In this document: piece by piece, positions 12,841-26,059 of the stretch
How the letters are laid out: every line of letters begins with the position of its first letter
Position numbering within the stretch: the stretch's first letter is position 1
From: Neoconidiobolus thromboides FSU 785
Taxonomy: Eukaryota > Fungi > Entomophthoromycota
DNA: 64,000 nt
Direction of reading: 5' to 3'
Assembly (NCBI GenBank): GCA_025603075.1
Contig: MU626277.1
Span: forward strand, 65,680 to 129,679
The notes under the pieces: model-generated
Database searches by the model: none
The model's input: only the letters and a program-made list of their open reading frames with translations
What the model was told of the DNA's origin: nothing
Made by a program: the position numbers and the translations under genes

Positions 12841-12934
12841 GGGGATGTTTTTTTTGGCTTCATTACTTTTTCCATGCTTTAAGCACTATTTGAGTGGAAA
12901 CTATTATTAAAATTGTTAAATATAATACATCCCC
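12841..12934 (+). mobile_element. MITE family copy 2
   Basis: Same termini and core as copy 1. ATAT direct repeat on both flanks. Confidence 0.85.
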
Positions 12935-13045
12935 ATATCCTAGAAATAATTTCATTAGTAAAAATCTATTAACTATCAAATTTTCAAATTTTAAGTTGGT
13001 TAAGAAATGAACAAAGCATAGCAGCAAACTAATATATTATTATAT

Positions 13046-13142
13046 GGGGATGTTTTTTTGTCTTTATTACTTTTTCCATTTTTGAGCACTATTTAAGTGG
13101 AAAGATTATTAGCAAAATTCTTAAACGAAAAAATACATCCCC
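13046..13142 (+). mobile_element. MITE family copy 3
   Basis: Same termini and core. ATAT/ATAT flanks. Lies 111 bp from copy 2. Confidence 0.85.
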
Positions 13143-13492
13143 ATATTCTTAAATAAAGTAGTTTAGCTATATGCGCACTACCTTCAAGATCATATTGAAA
13201 TAATAAACTTGATAAAATAACTATGTTAAAAATATTTTTATTAATATTTTTGTAAGGGATTATTTTAAATTAATAAGCAGTAAAAAATACAAAATAAAAC
13301 TTAAACTAATGCAACACTGTAAAACTCAAAAAAATTATCTTTTATTAAAAATAATTGAAAGGTGAATTATTAACAAGTTGTAATGAAAAATAGATGTTAG
13401 GAGAAGGGTATAAATGTACGTATAGAAACTATACAAACCCACCGAATTCAACTTTATAAAAAGATTGATTTAAACTTCTTAACTCAATAGAT

Positions 13493-14989
13493 TTATATCT
13501 TATAAAGTCCTGGGAAAAATTTAACCATATCTAAACCAACCTTTTCCATTTGTGCAATAATATGACGTGGCACCAATCGATGATTAACTTCAGGTTGGAT
13601 CGAAAGTTCTGTAACGAAAGTTTAGTTTGGTTAGTTGTAGTTTACTTAGCTTATTACCTTGTTCACTGAAATCAAAGAGTTCTGGAATTTGCCTATCTTG
13701 CGAATATAATACCTTAGTCTCACGTAGTTCATCAAAATAAGGATGGGCCATTGCTTCAACAGCAGTTAATCTATGACGAGGTGTATAGTTTAAAAGGCAT
13801 GGAAGGAATTCGATAGCTTCAAGTGGAGTTCCGGGTCTAAAGATCTATTTAAAATAAATAAAATTTTACAATAACGGATATGCTATAGTTTTACCTTGGA
13901 AAATGGTTGTGGATGAATTTGAGGAAATTTGTGGTCTACGTAAGCTGGATTCATATGATGAATTTGTTCCTTATCTGGGGTTCCAAGTACCTTGATGATC
14001 TCAACTAATTGATCAATCCCACTTTCTCCTGGGAATAATGGTTGACATAACATTAATTCGGCCATAACACATCCAACAGACCAAATATCTTTTTTAAATT
14101 AATTACTACTATTAAATTCATTCAAAAATAGTAATACCTATTTGGGTAGTATAATTAGTAGCACCGAAAATCAATTCTGGAGCCCTATAATAGCGTGAAC
14201 AGATATAGGCTACATTACCTTCCCCAGGAACAAGAATTTTGGCACTTTAAATAATTAATTAAAAATTCATAGTTAAATCTACAAACTAAGCTACCTCCCA
14301 AAATCGCATAATTTCAATACTCCGGTTTGACGATCAATTAATAAATTTTGAGGCTTGATATCACGATGACAGATTCCAATCATATGTATGTAAGCCAAAG
14401 AGCGAAGAAGTTGATAAGTGAAAAGTTTCACTTGAATTGGTGGTATAGTTTGGCTAGAACGAGCAAAGTGGCGGGTTAATCGATAAAGCGTTTCTGGGAC
14501 ATATTCAAGAACAAGATTGAGGTAAATGTCCTCTTTCTAAATAATAAATAAATTTATATTCGATGGAATCAACCAAAAAACATACTTGAAAACCATTAGT
14601 ATAAAAATAATACTTAAGCTCAACAACGTTAGGGTGACGAACAGAACGCATAATTTGAAGTTCACGGTTCTAAATAATTTATTAGTATTAAGTTATTATT
14701 CGAATTTCATTGATCGTCTAGTCTATTACTTACTTTGAATCTTTTATCTTGCAATACTTTCTTTATGGCTACTAACTGTCCAGAATGGGTCAAACGAGCT
14801 TGGTAAACTACACCAAAAGAGCCATTACCAATAGCCTTAAATTTAGTATAAGAAAGACTGCAAACTTCTCCTGTTAAACCGTCGTTAGCCGCAACTGAAA
14901 CCTCTTCATTAGCTTGTAAATCAACTTAAATTCGGTTTAGTATTTTATTTATACTATGACATGAATTTACCAGCTTGTTTATTGCTCAT
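13493..14989 (-). CDS. GSK3: Glycogen synthase kinase-3 (GSK3/Shaggy/Rim11-like), multi-exon
   Basis: Spliced [49 protein letters not shown] and [21 protein letters not shown]. Confidence 0.95.
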
Positions 14990-15638
14990 AGTTTATTTTA
15001 GGTGCAAGTTAGTTGAATGATAAGTTTGAAAATAATAATTGGAATGAATAAAAAAGGAATAGTATTTAGTAAGCAACTATAAAATTGAATTTAAACTATA
15101 GTTAGGTTCTTCTTTTTGTTAAGTTAGCAATTTTAGTGGAAAAAAATACTTTGTGCCTAAAAAATACTTCCCACTTTGTGATTCAAATTTAATCCATTGG
15201 CTTAAGCAATAAAGTCTAAGATCCCCAAAACCCCATTTCGTTTTCGATGGAACAATCCAAAGGGAGATTATGTTGGTGTGAGAAATTTAGTTTGTTTCCT
15301 TAAATTTAAAAACTTTTTTATTAGAAACTTGGCTTAGTTTTAATTTAAAAAAATAAAGATTAAAGTATTTTTATTAATAAAAGTTGAGAGCATATATTAA
15401 AAATAATTATTTATGTATTTTTTTGTTGTAAATAAATTAATCTTTTACTAACCCTTTGCATTTTTTTAAATATCAAGTTAATAGATAAAATAAGAAACAA
15501 GAAATATAATGTTATTAAAAGTAGTCAAGTTAATTTTTAATATAAAAATAAGATGTCATCTCAAGGCTTAATTAAATTTCATTGGCTATAAAGAACAAAA
15601 GGCAGTTCAACCATGAAAATAAAAACATATCTTTTAAA

Positions 15639-16568
15639 ATGTCACAACAAACAACATATACGTTTCAGCCAGGCTCACAAAGTCAGTTAGAAGGGGACAA
15701 TCCAGTAGAAATAATTGTTGAGCAAGTAGGTATAACTTCAAAAATCAAATATGATGGCAAAAAATAAAATACAACTTCAAAAATAAAATATTAATGATTA
15801 ATCACTTTAAAGGGGAACTACAAAGCTATTGGTAATAAAGTATGGACTTGTGGTGAAGTGTTATCGGATTTCTTATTTATAAAACGAGAAAAAATAAAGA
15901 ACAGTACAGTAGTAGAAGTAAATTAAGACTATTTATACCATTGAAGCTTATAATAAATTTCAAAGTTAGGATCAGGTTTAGGATTATGTGGGTTACTATG
16001 TTCAAGGCTTGGTGCAAAAAAAGTATATCTAACAGATAGCATAGAATCAAGTGATATATTATCAAGTTTAAGAAAAAATGTAGAATTAAATAACCTAAAT
16101 GACAATATTTGTACTATGCCAATAGAGTGGGGTATAATATCGGAAGGCTTATTCAATCTAGATAATATCGATGTTATTATCGGGTCAGATACATTCTATA
16201 ACAGAGAAGGTAGTTTAAATATATATTACAAAATATAGTAAAATCCAACTAAACCCAACTAGATTTTGAGCCTTTAATTGCCACAGTTGCATTTTTATTA
16301 GAAAAAAATCCAAATGCTAATTTTATAACAACTTATTGTGAAAGAAGGTAAACAATTAAATACGTAAAGTTCAAAATAAAAGTTAAGCTTTTTACTTTAT
16401 AGTCCAAAAAGAACCATTCAACCATTATTAGATGATTGGGGATTAGAGGCTATAATGATAGAAAAGCCTGATTTATCGCTAAAAAAGAATGGTGACTCAG
16501 TTATTCATGATGAACCTATTTTCATCTATCATATTTTTAAACCAGAAACGAAATTAATATTAAATTAG
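15639..16568 (+). CDS. METTL23: Class I lysine methyltransferase, METTL23-like; multi-exon
   Basis: Spliced GNKVWTCGEVLSDFL, VVELGSGLGLCGL (SAM motif I), DVIIGSDTFY..DFEPLIATVAFLL and TTYCERS. Confidence 0.8.
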
Positions 16569-16609
16569 TATATTTAGTTGTATCAATCTAGACGTTTATT
16601 ATCTTTTGT

Positions 16610-17987
16610 TTATTTCATTTTCTTATATAATAATGTTTTCCCTTCTTGAATTATAAATTTACAGTATTTCAAATAAATCAATCCTTTTTCTCTAATATCA
16701 TAATTAATTAATAATGGTTCAATGATCCCTTTTAATTCTTCTTCTTGCCATGGATTTTTTATATTATAAATAGCTTGGAGCCTTTCTTTTATATCATATG
16801 GCAACAATAATGGATTTATAGGGTATATATATTCATTGAATTTACTATCTCTGTAGTATAGCCCCTAATTTGTATTTTTATTAGTACAATTTATACTTAG
16901 TATTGATTAATTACATTTAACAAGTCCATATTTAATTCAAACTCACTTAGCTTTTCATTCCAAGTTTGTAAGAAATCATAAATGGAAATTGGACCCTAGT
17001 TTAAGTATTAGAATGAAGTAAATAAATAACAATCTTTATTACAGCAGACCGAGCCCTTTTTTCATTCATTATTAATAAACCTACAAACCTTGCTATTTTA
17101 ACTTTATTTAGTGAGTATTTACCATCTATTTTTGAATATGTTATATTAAGTTTTGCTGCTATATATCACTATTACCTGGATTCACTGAAGTAAAACAATA
17201 AAAGCAGTGTCTAAAAACAATAGGATCGATGCCTTGATTGTCAATAAAATCAAAGATCACCTGTTTTTCAAATTGGCTATTATTTAATCCTAATGAAGAT
17301 GTATAGCTTAAAAGCATATCTAGTAAATCATATAAATAGTCGCTATTCACAAGTCTTATTTTCCCTAAAAATTTGAATCAAAATTAGTTGATACCATCTA
17401 TTAAAAGTTACCATCTAAATCAATTGCGTTTAACTCTTTTAAATATTCTTCGATCTCTTTATCACTTGCTTGAACTGAATATTTAATTTGCTCTAAACTA
17501 AGTAACTTTTTTAAAATATAAACAACAAAAATGTACATAATTCAAGATTACTTTTAAAGGATCAATCTTATGTTCATTATGAACCCCATTATAACTACTT
17601 CTTTCAATTAGTTGATAAGCTTTCAATAGTCTTCCTGGTATCAACTCCATTATATGAGTATTATTTAATATCTTTGAGACATTGTAATCCTTATTTTTAA
17701 TCTCTGTGATTAATAAACTGTCCGAGGTCGGAGCTTGTTTTATTAGGTATGTTTTATCGGCTGAACATAATACTACTTCTTCTGAAGGCTCTCCTTTGAA
17801 ACTTAAACTAAAATTGATGATGAGTTTCAAGTATATATTCAATAACAATAGTCTATTACTTTGATTTCTTACTGATATCTAGCAAGTCTTCAAAGTCTTT
17901 CGATATTTCTGGGTCTATTTCAATTAGTTTAGATTTCACTGAGTCATTAATACTTCCTTGTTGAAACACTAGAGGATAATTTGACAT
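16610..17987 (-). CDS. DCC1: Sister chromatid cohesion protein Dcc1 (Ctf18-RFC subunit); multi-exon
   Basis: KGEPSEEVVLCSADKTYLIKQAPTSDSLLI and C-terminal LPYDIKERLQAIYNIKNPWQEEELKGII. Confidence 0.85.
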
Positions 17988-18058
17988 TTCAAAAAATAAA
18001 ATGGAGCTTAGAAAATGAAAATCCAAAAAATTAAATTATTATTTTTTGATAAATCGTA

Positions 18059-18593
18059 ATGAATTATAGTGTTATCCCAGAAGATTTTAGAACGTTGAGA
18101 GCATGTCTTTTGTGTTCTTTGGTGAAGGTACTATCGATCGAAATAATACAAAAAGGAAGCTAATCTATCACTTTTTCTATATAGAGTGCGCATTTATTTA
18201 AAGCGAATGGTTGTGAAAACTGTGAAGAGATATTACGAATGAAAAGAAAGGCGAACCGTGTTAATGAATGTACAACAAATAACTTTAAGGGGTAAAAAAT
18301 AAAAACAACCCAGTAATTAAAATATTAAAAAGTATTAGAATGATAGCCGCTTTAAGACCTCAGAACTCGTGGGCATGTCGATTTCAACATATAGGTAAAA
18401 TCTAAAGTTGGAATTTTATTTTAAACTAAATTTATTTCAAGATTCTTTTCAGCCTGGACTATATGCACTCCAGGTGTTTGGCAGAATCCCAGATGATGTA
18501 GAAGATGAGTTAGAATCAAGAGGTATACCTTATATCCCTAGAGATGGAAGTGTCAACAGGATTTATGAGGATCAAGATGAAGGTTATAATTAA
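18059..18593 (+). CDS. SPT4: Transcription elongation factor Spt4; multi-exon
   Basis: [11 protein letters not shown]...GCENCE zinc finger, [18 protein letters not shown] and [20 protein letters not shown]. Confidence 0.93.
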
Positions 18594-19322
18594 GCATTTG
18601 TAATAAGACTATCGTTAGGCTCAAATATTCAAGTAAAAATAGTTTGAAATGATTGATTTTATTACAAGTTAGTTTATTAAGTGATTAGTTCTTTTTTACA
18701 ACGATAGAATTAAATGTTTGTATTTTTAGAGGAGAATAATGCTTTTGGTATATTTATTCGTTTTTATTAAATATTATGTTTGCTGATTAATTCAGAATAG
18801 TTTGATTACAAAAAAATACTGTGAATGATATTTCAAGTAATCTCAGCTTTAAATGTATTACTTGGAGATGTTTCTCATATTTTTATCCTATGAATATAAT
18901 ATTTATTATTATTATGAAGAAGCGATATATTTTTTAACAATGCTTTTATTAAAATTTATTTTAATTAATGCGAAATTCATCAATGTACTTTGTTCAATAC
19001 ATTTTAGTGTATCCAGTGCTAAAAGGTTGGTATATACTATTGATGGATATAAAGTTTTCTGAAGCTGAATATAAAAAAGTCTAGTTCAGCCAATTTATTT
19101 TACTTTATTATTATTGAAAGGCTAGCATTTGATTATTATGGAGTCATTTGAATCTAATTTCAAAAGTTAGTTATTGTAAAACCTAAACTTTGGAATTTTT
19201 TGCCAAATATAGTAATAGCACCAAAAGAAAAATAATTTATAATAAAATTAATAAATTACTTGATAAAAGAACATATTAACAATAAATATAAATTAAGGAT
19301 TTATTTTTTTATTCAATTTATA

Positions 19323-20279
19323 ATGGAAACAGCTAAGAAAGGGACTACAACAAGTTTACTCTCGAATAGAAAAAACTTAATCGTATCAGCACTCGGAATA
19401 TTGCTATGGTTTGGAATAGTGTTGCCGATTTTAATAACAAGGATATTGAACAAAGACGATCCGCTGCTTGGCTTATATGCAGATAAAGATATCATTAATT
19501 CTGATGGGGCTATAGATGAAAGCAAATTTAATGGGATATATATCAACTTCGGATTTTATAATGTTGAAGCAATAACTAGGAATATTAATTTGTATGCAAG
19601 TATTAAACTATATGGTAAAGACTATGCTACTGAGGTTGGACTACCAGTTTCAAATATGAGTTGTGATTTTGTTTATACCAACTCTGTATTAACTAAGGAT
19701 AAGCCAGTACCACCAATTAGCTTAAAGGTACCGATGGTTATGGGCAATATTTTAGATTATCCATTTGAACAATTTATCTCTAGGTTCACAGTAAATTGTC
19801 AAGATAGTAAAAAACAACATATACCTTTAGTAATAGATTTTGAACCTTCATTACAGATATATTCTCCTTCAATAAGGATTGAAAAAATTAGTGAATTTGA
19901 TAGTGAGATTCGTAACAGTTTTCAATACACCGATTTGGAGTCTGTAGGGGTAGCTATCTTAGTGGAACAGCCAATAGCCACTAAAGTTTTTTCAATTTTT
20001 ATTAGCTTAATCATGTGGTCTTTGGCTATTTCATTATCCATAGTTACTTTTGATGTTGTAATAAATCGTAGAGAAAACCCTGCCTTTTTAGCAATGGGTA
20101 CCACTATCCTTTTCGCTATTACTAACTTAAGAAACGTGCAACCAGGTTCTCCACCCATGGGCTGCCTTTCTGATATCTTAGGCTTTTTTTGGTGTATCTC
20201 CATTATTGCTCTCTGCGCTATGGTTAATATCTTTGCTTTCTCCCTAAGATGGAGAAAGCCAGCTTCTAAAGTAGCTTAA
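19323..20279 (+). CDS. DUF4436-like membrane protein (N-terminal TM, soluble domain, three C-terminal TMs), intronless
   Basis: DYPFEQF motif and C-terminal LFAITNLRNVQPGSPPMGCLSDILGFFW resemble the DUF4436 consensus as I recall it. First ATG is at 19323. Confidence 0.7.
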   Translation: METAKKGTTTSLLSNRKNLIVSALGILLWFGIVLPILITRILNKDDPLLGLYADKDIINSDGAIDESKFNGIYINFGFYNVEAITRNINLYASIKLYGKDYATEVGLPVSNMSCDFVYTNSVLTKDKPVPPISLKVPMVMGNILDYPFEQFISRFTVNCQDSKKQHIPLVIDFEPSLQIYSPSIRIEKISEFDSEIRNSFQYTDLESVGVAILVEQPIATKVFSIFISLIMWSLAISLSIVTFDVVINRRENPAFLAMGTTILFAITNLRNVQPGSPPMGCLSDILGFFWCISIIALCAMVNIFAFSLRWRKPASKVA

Positions 20280-20776
20280 TGTTAGCTTTTGTTTAGTCGC
20301 TGTGGCTTTAATAAATAATTTAATTTTTTCTAATCATTAAGTTATTGTAAGATTTAATAATAAGAAATAGTTATTAAATGTGTTTTAATATAATATATTA
20401 ATTCAACTTTATCGCTAGTGACTTAAGAATTTATGAAAATTATAAGTAAATATCAAAATAAATTATATGAAGTACTATATTTATTTTAATGTTGTAATTA
20501 TAAATTATGATTTGGTTAATAGAACCGGATATAGTCATTAGTTATTTATAACTTTATTATAATTTCAAGTGTTATTCACAGCTTAATTCCAAAGCCAAGG
20601 ATTTATAAAACAAATTAAATAGCTACGAATTACTATTTTACCTTTTTTTTTAAAAATTTTAACCTTTTGAAATAATGGAATATAATAATTTAGAAACGGG
20701 AAGGTAACCAACAATAAAAAACAAATTGAATTAAATTAAAGATCAATATTATAGGACTCATGTAACTCAGCATAAT

Positions 20777-21549
20777 ATGAGCTTCAAAGAGATAGTTCAT
20801 AGCTTTGCAAACCGACTACTTTATTCAAGGTTTTATACCATCCTATATATCTCCATGTTTTTGTTATCTCTAGTAACTATGATCTTGGTAACAAAGCACT
20901 TTCTTTATAATATATAATCCCTAATGTTTTTTATTATAGTCCATAGTAGAAGACACATGGTAGTTTTTTAAATAATGTTCAAATTCATAAATTAATCAAC
21001 TATATTTAAGCCCTTCCACATGGTTTATAGTTCTAGAAGTTTTAATTAATATCGTGATGATCATTGAAGTTAGTATAAGGATTATTGCTGAAGGCTATGT
21101 AAGTTTATAGGTTAAAAAGCAACGTAATTAATTATCCATTTTAGTCGTATTGGGAATCAAAATCAAATATTATTGACTTAGTATTGGTATTATTATGTGT
21201 AATAACGCTTATAATATTGGCCTCAGGCTGTTCGCAAGGAGCCAGAAGCGAAGAGATAATAGAAACAGTAATAATTGCTATCCGTAGTATTGTACAATTT
21301 ATTCGTCTTTTATTTGCGTTAAGAAAGTAAATCAATTTTACTTTTATTAAGCCATTGATTTTAATATTATTTTACTATAGGAACAAAAGAAATTTAAGTG
21401 CACGTGAAAACACGATTGACTTTACTAGTTTAAGTTCAAGAATGGCCAACGGATCGAGCTCCCCTGGTCAGTTCGATAATGAATATACTTTACAACAAAT
21501 TGCTACTTCAGATGGTTTTGTTTTGGATGATGATGACGATGAACTTTAA
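20777..21549 (+). CDS. Stand-alone voltage-sensor-like (S1-S4) membrane protein, 189 aa, 5 exons
   Basis: Exons 20777-20887, 20940-20959, 21011-21098, 21145-21326 and 21381-21549 join in frame through GT-AG introns. They give WFIVLEVLINIVMIIEVSIRIIA (S2-like), YWESKSNIIDLVLV (S3-like) and IAIRSIVQFIRLLFALRK (S4-like). Confidence 0.75.
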
Positions 21550-22015
21550 AAGTTACAAAAGGAAATTGATTGATTTTAATAGTAAGCCATAATAAAATTA
21601 GAGACAAATAGTTTTATTTAATATTTTTGGATAAAATAGGAGTCTATTGATTAGCAGCGTTATCTATGGTAAAGGTTGATAGCTTTTGAAGGCAGGCACT
21701 TTATTAAAATTTAAAATGATTAAAATTGATTTAATGTTATAAGATATAATTGTTATTTAAATACAAGATGTAGATATTGTACATTAAACTAAAAGTATTA
21801 TAGTCATTATTTAAGTTAAACTGAATATAGTAAACCTATTAATCTTATAAGCTAACTTTTTATCCATAATAAAAAGCTTTAAACTACCATAATTCCAACA
21901 TTATAGGCTGGTTTTGAACGAATTTAAATATTTATCTTTAATTCACATAATTAATTTTTTGATTTTATTTTAATCTGTAAAAATTAATTTAGACACAAGG
22001 CAGCTCTATAACAAC

Positions 22016-23652
<1,637 letters not shown>

Positions 23653-24210
23653 TTTGTAAGTTTATTATTTGGTTTATTCCAATAACAAATTTATTCAATT
23701 TCTAATTTGTTTCTAGTTATGCTTAAATGTTAATTTTATAATGGGATTTTAAGTTTTCGCAGTTTACTGAGTTTTCCTCGCAGTTTATTTGGCTAATCTT
23801 GTTTTTAACTAGGAACCAACAGTGTCTTTTTAATTGGCTTTATTTTATGCAATTCACTTGGCATCCTCATTTCCTTTAAAAGATGTTTTTTTATTTTTAA
23901 AAAATTACAATTTCAAATAAATTAAAATTGTTAATAAATTAGTCAGATATTTAAGTCAATGTAGTTTTATTTCGCAAATAATTAGAATAGAAACATATTA
24001 GAATAATAACAAATGCAAAATAAAAAAAATCATGATATGAATATAATAAAAAATTTAAACTTCTATTAACATAATGTTTAAACTTTTAGCTATAATAAGG
24101 CTTAAGTTGCTTTTATTATTAAAATATTTTAATAAAGCGTAAAATATAAGTTGTTATAAATAAGTTAAAATAGTAATATTTTAAATTGCAAATTATCATT
24201 TAAATTTTTT

Positions 24211-24694
24211 CTATGAATTAAATAATTTTTCTGAACTTTGGATACTTCTGTATTGATGTTTCTTATAGTTAGTTTCTCCACAAAGGATACATACAAGTAA
24301 AAAGTTTTTATTTATTAACTGAGTTGGTATTACTAGCTTGTTATATAATATTTCATCATTTAGTATAAGAGATATTATTATAATACTAGAATGATAAGAA
24401 TGTACATTTTTCACTAATGGTATACATGAGATAATTTTTCCATAAATACAAAAACTTGGTGTTGATTTTGCTCTAACTTTTTTCCTATAAATTCATTCCC
24501 AATATTCAATAATGTCAAACACACGATAATTTCTGAGGTATGACATGTTTTAACTGATGGGATTTTATATTCATTAGCTTCCCATTTTTGGCTTAAGGAT
24601 AATTCTTTATCTTTTTTACTTTTAAATCCAACTATAACTTTGTATGATCTAAAAAATATAACACTTAGGTAGTATTTATAGTTTTTGGCTATAT
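24211..24694 (-). pseudogene. Decayed gag-like/zinc-knuckle relic (paralog A), interrupted or bordered by MITE copy 4
   Basis: Two offset frames encode WEANEYKIPSVKTCHTSEIIVCLTLLNIGNEFI...FMEKL and IIISLILNDEILYNKLVIPTQL...CILCGETNY. These align with the relic at 41.5-41.9 kb. Confidence 0.5.
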
Positions 24695-24790
24695 GGGGAT
24701 ATATTTTTATATTTAAGAACTTTATTAACAATTTTTCCGCTCAAATAGTGCTTAAAGGATGGAAAAAGTAGTGAAGCTAAAAATACCCCT
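24695..24790 (-). mobile_element. MITE family copy 4
   Basis: Reverse orientation, C>T-eroded terminus (ATACCCCT), ATAT/ATAT flanks. Confidence 0.8.
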
Positions 24791-25129
24791 ATATGTTTAA
24801 TAAATATCAAAGTCCTTATCAAGGGAGTTTAAAGAAAAAGTCTGGAAGCTTGGAGGAATTGTATATAGAACTTGATCATTGTTTTTATATATGCTCATCT
24901 TATAAGTTTGTTGTAATGTGTCAATATTTTAGCTATTATTTATTTAATAAAAGAGAATGACACAATATTGTTTTAATTGAATATTATTACTGATGTTGAG
25001 TTATCGAAGGGATAAAGTCAGCAAAACTGAGTGGGAAAATATTGGATTTTAACTAGATTCCATGAGTCTTTGCGTTGTTTTATTTTAATATGTTACTACA
25101 AGTAACTGATTTATCAATTTATAATATAT

Positions 25130-25227
25130 GGGGATGTTTTTTTTATTTCATTACTTTTTTATTTTTTCAAGCGCTATTTGAATGGAAAGATTGCTAGTAA
25201 AACTATTAAATGAGAAAATACATTCCC
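25130..25227 (+). mobile_element. MITE family copy 5
   Basis: GGGGATGT...ACATTCCC termini, ATAT/ATAT flanks. Confidence 0.8.
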
Positions 25228-25275
25228 ATATATTGACATAATAATTCACTAATAAGTGATCAATATTAAATATAT

Positions 25276-25375
25276 GGGGGGGTGTTTTTTTGGCTTCATT
25301 ACTTTTTCCATCCTTTAAGCACTATTTGAGTGGGAAAATTGTTAGTAAAATTCCTAAACCTAAAAATACATCCCC
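25276..25375 (+). mobile_element. MITE family copy 6
   Basis: GGGGGGGTGT...ACATCCCC termini, ATAT/ATGT flanks, near-consensus core. Confidence 0.85.
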
Positions 25376-25430
25376 ATGTAGTTAATCAACATAAAGTAAA
25401 AATACTTAATAGTTTTTCACTTTAGAATAT

Positions 25431-25528
25431 GGGGATATATTTTTGTATTTAAAAATTTTACTAACAATTTTCCCACTCAAATAGTGCTTAAAAAATGGAA
25501 AAGTAATGAAATCAAAAGAAACATTCCT
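25431..25528 (-). mobile_element. MITE family copy 7
   Basis: Reverse orientation, ATAT/ATAT flanks. Inverted relative to copy 6 and 55 bp away from it. Confidence 0.8.
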
Positions 25529-25957
25529 ATATTTTACTTTAAAATATCAATAATCAACAATTGATGTTAATAAAATAACCACTAATCACTTAACAGTAAA
25601 TAATAATTATAATTATAATAAATAATCGATTTAACATTATATTTACCCTTTTAAAAAAATAATCTTACAATATTTATGATAAAATAGAATCTTAATAAGA
25701 TTTAATAATTAACAGAAATTTAGATCAGCCAAATATACAATTTTAATTAATCAAAACACATTTAACTACTAAGATTTTAGAGAATATCTGAGTAGCGTCT
25801 TATAATAAATATAATAGAGATAGGGATTGCTATTTATGTAGACTTTATGGACTCTCTATTAACTTTTTTCCTCTTTTACATCGATAAAGTGTTTGATAAC
25901 TTATGTTCTATAAAAATGAAGAGTATAAATTTTATACCATAGATTAATATATAATTT

Positions 25958-26059
25958 GAGGATGTGTTTTTATGTTTAAGAATTTTATTAATAAAATTTC
26001 CCTCTCAAATGGTGTTGCTTAAAAGATGGAAAAAGTAATGAAGCCAAAAAAACACCCCC
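25958..26059 (-). mobile_element. MITE family copy 8
   Basis: GAGGATGT...ACACCCCC termini, non-palindromic ATTT/ATTT direct-repeat flanks. Confidence 0.8.

Noticed and set aside
23757-23787. Direct repeat TCGCAGTTTA x2 in the eRF1 promoter; also AACTTAAGTT x2 near 11837
   Set aside because: Short, seen once each, and not distinguishable from chance without cross-species data.
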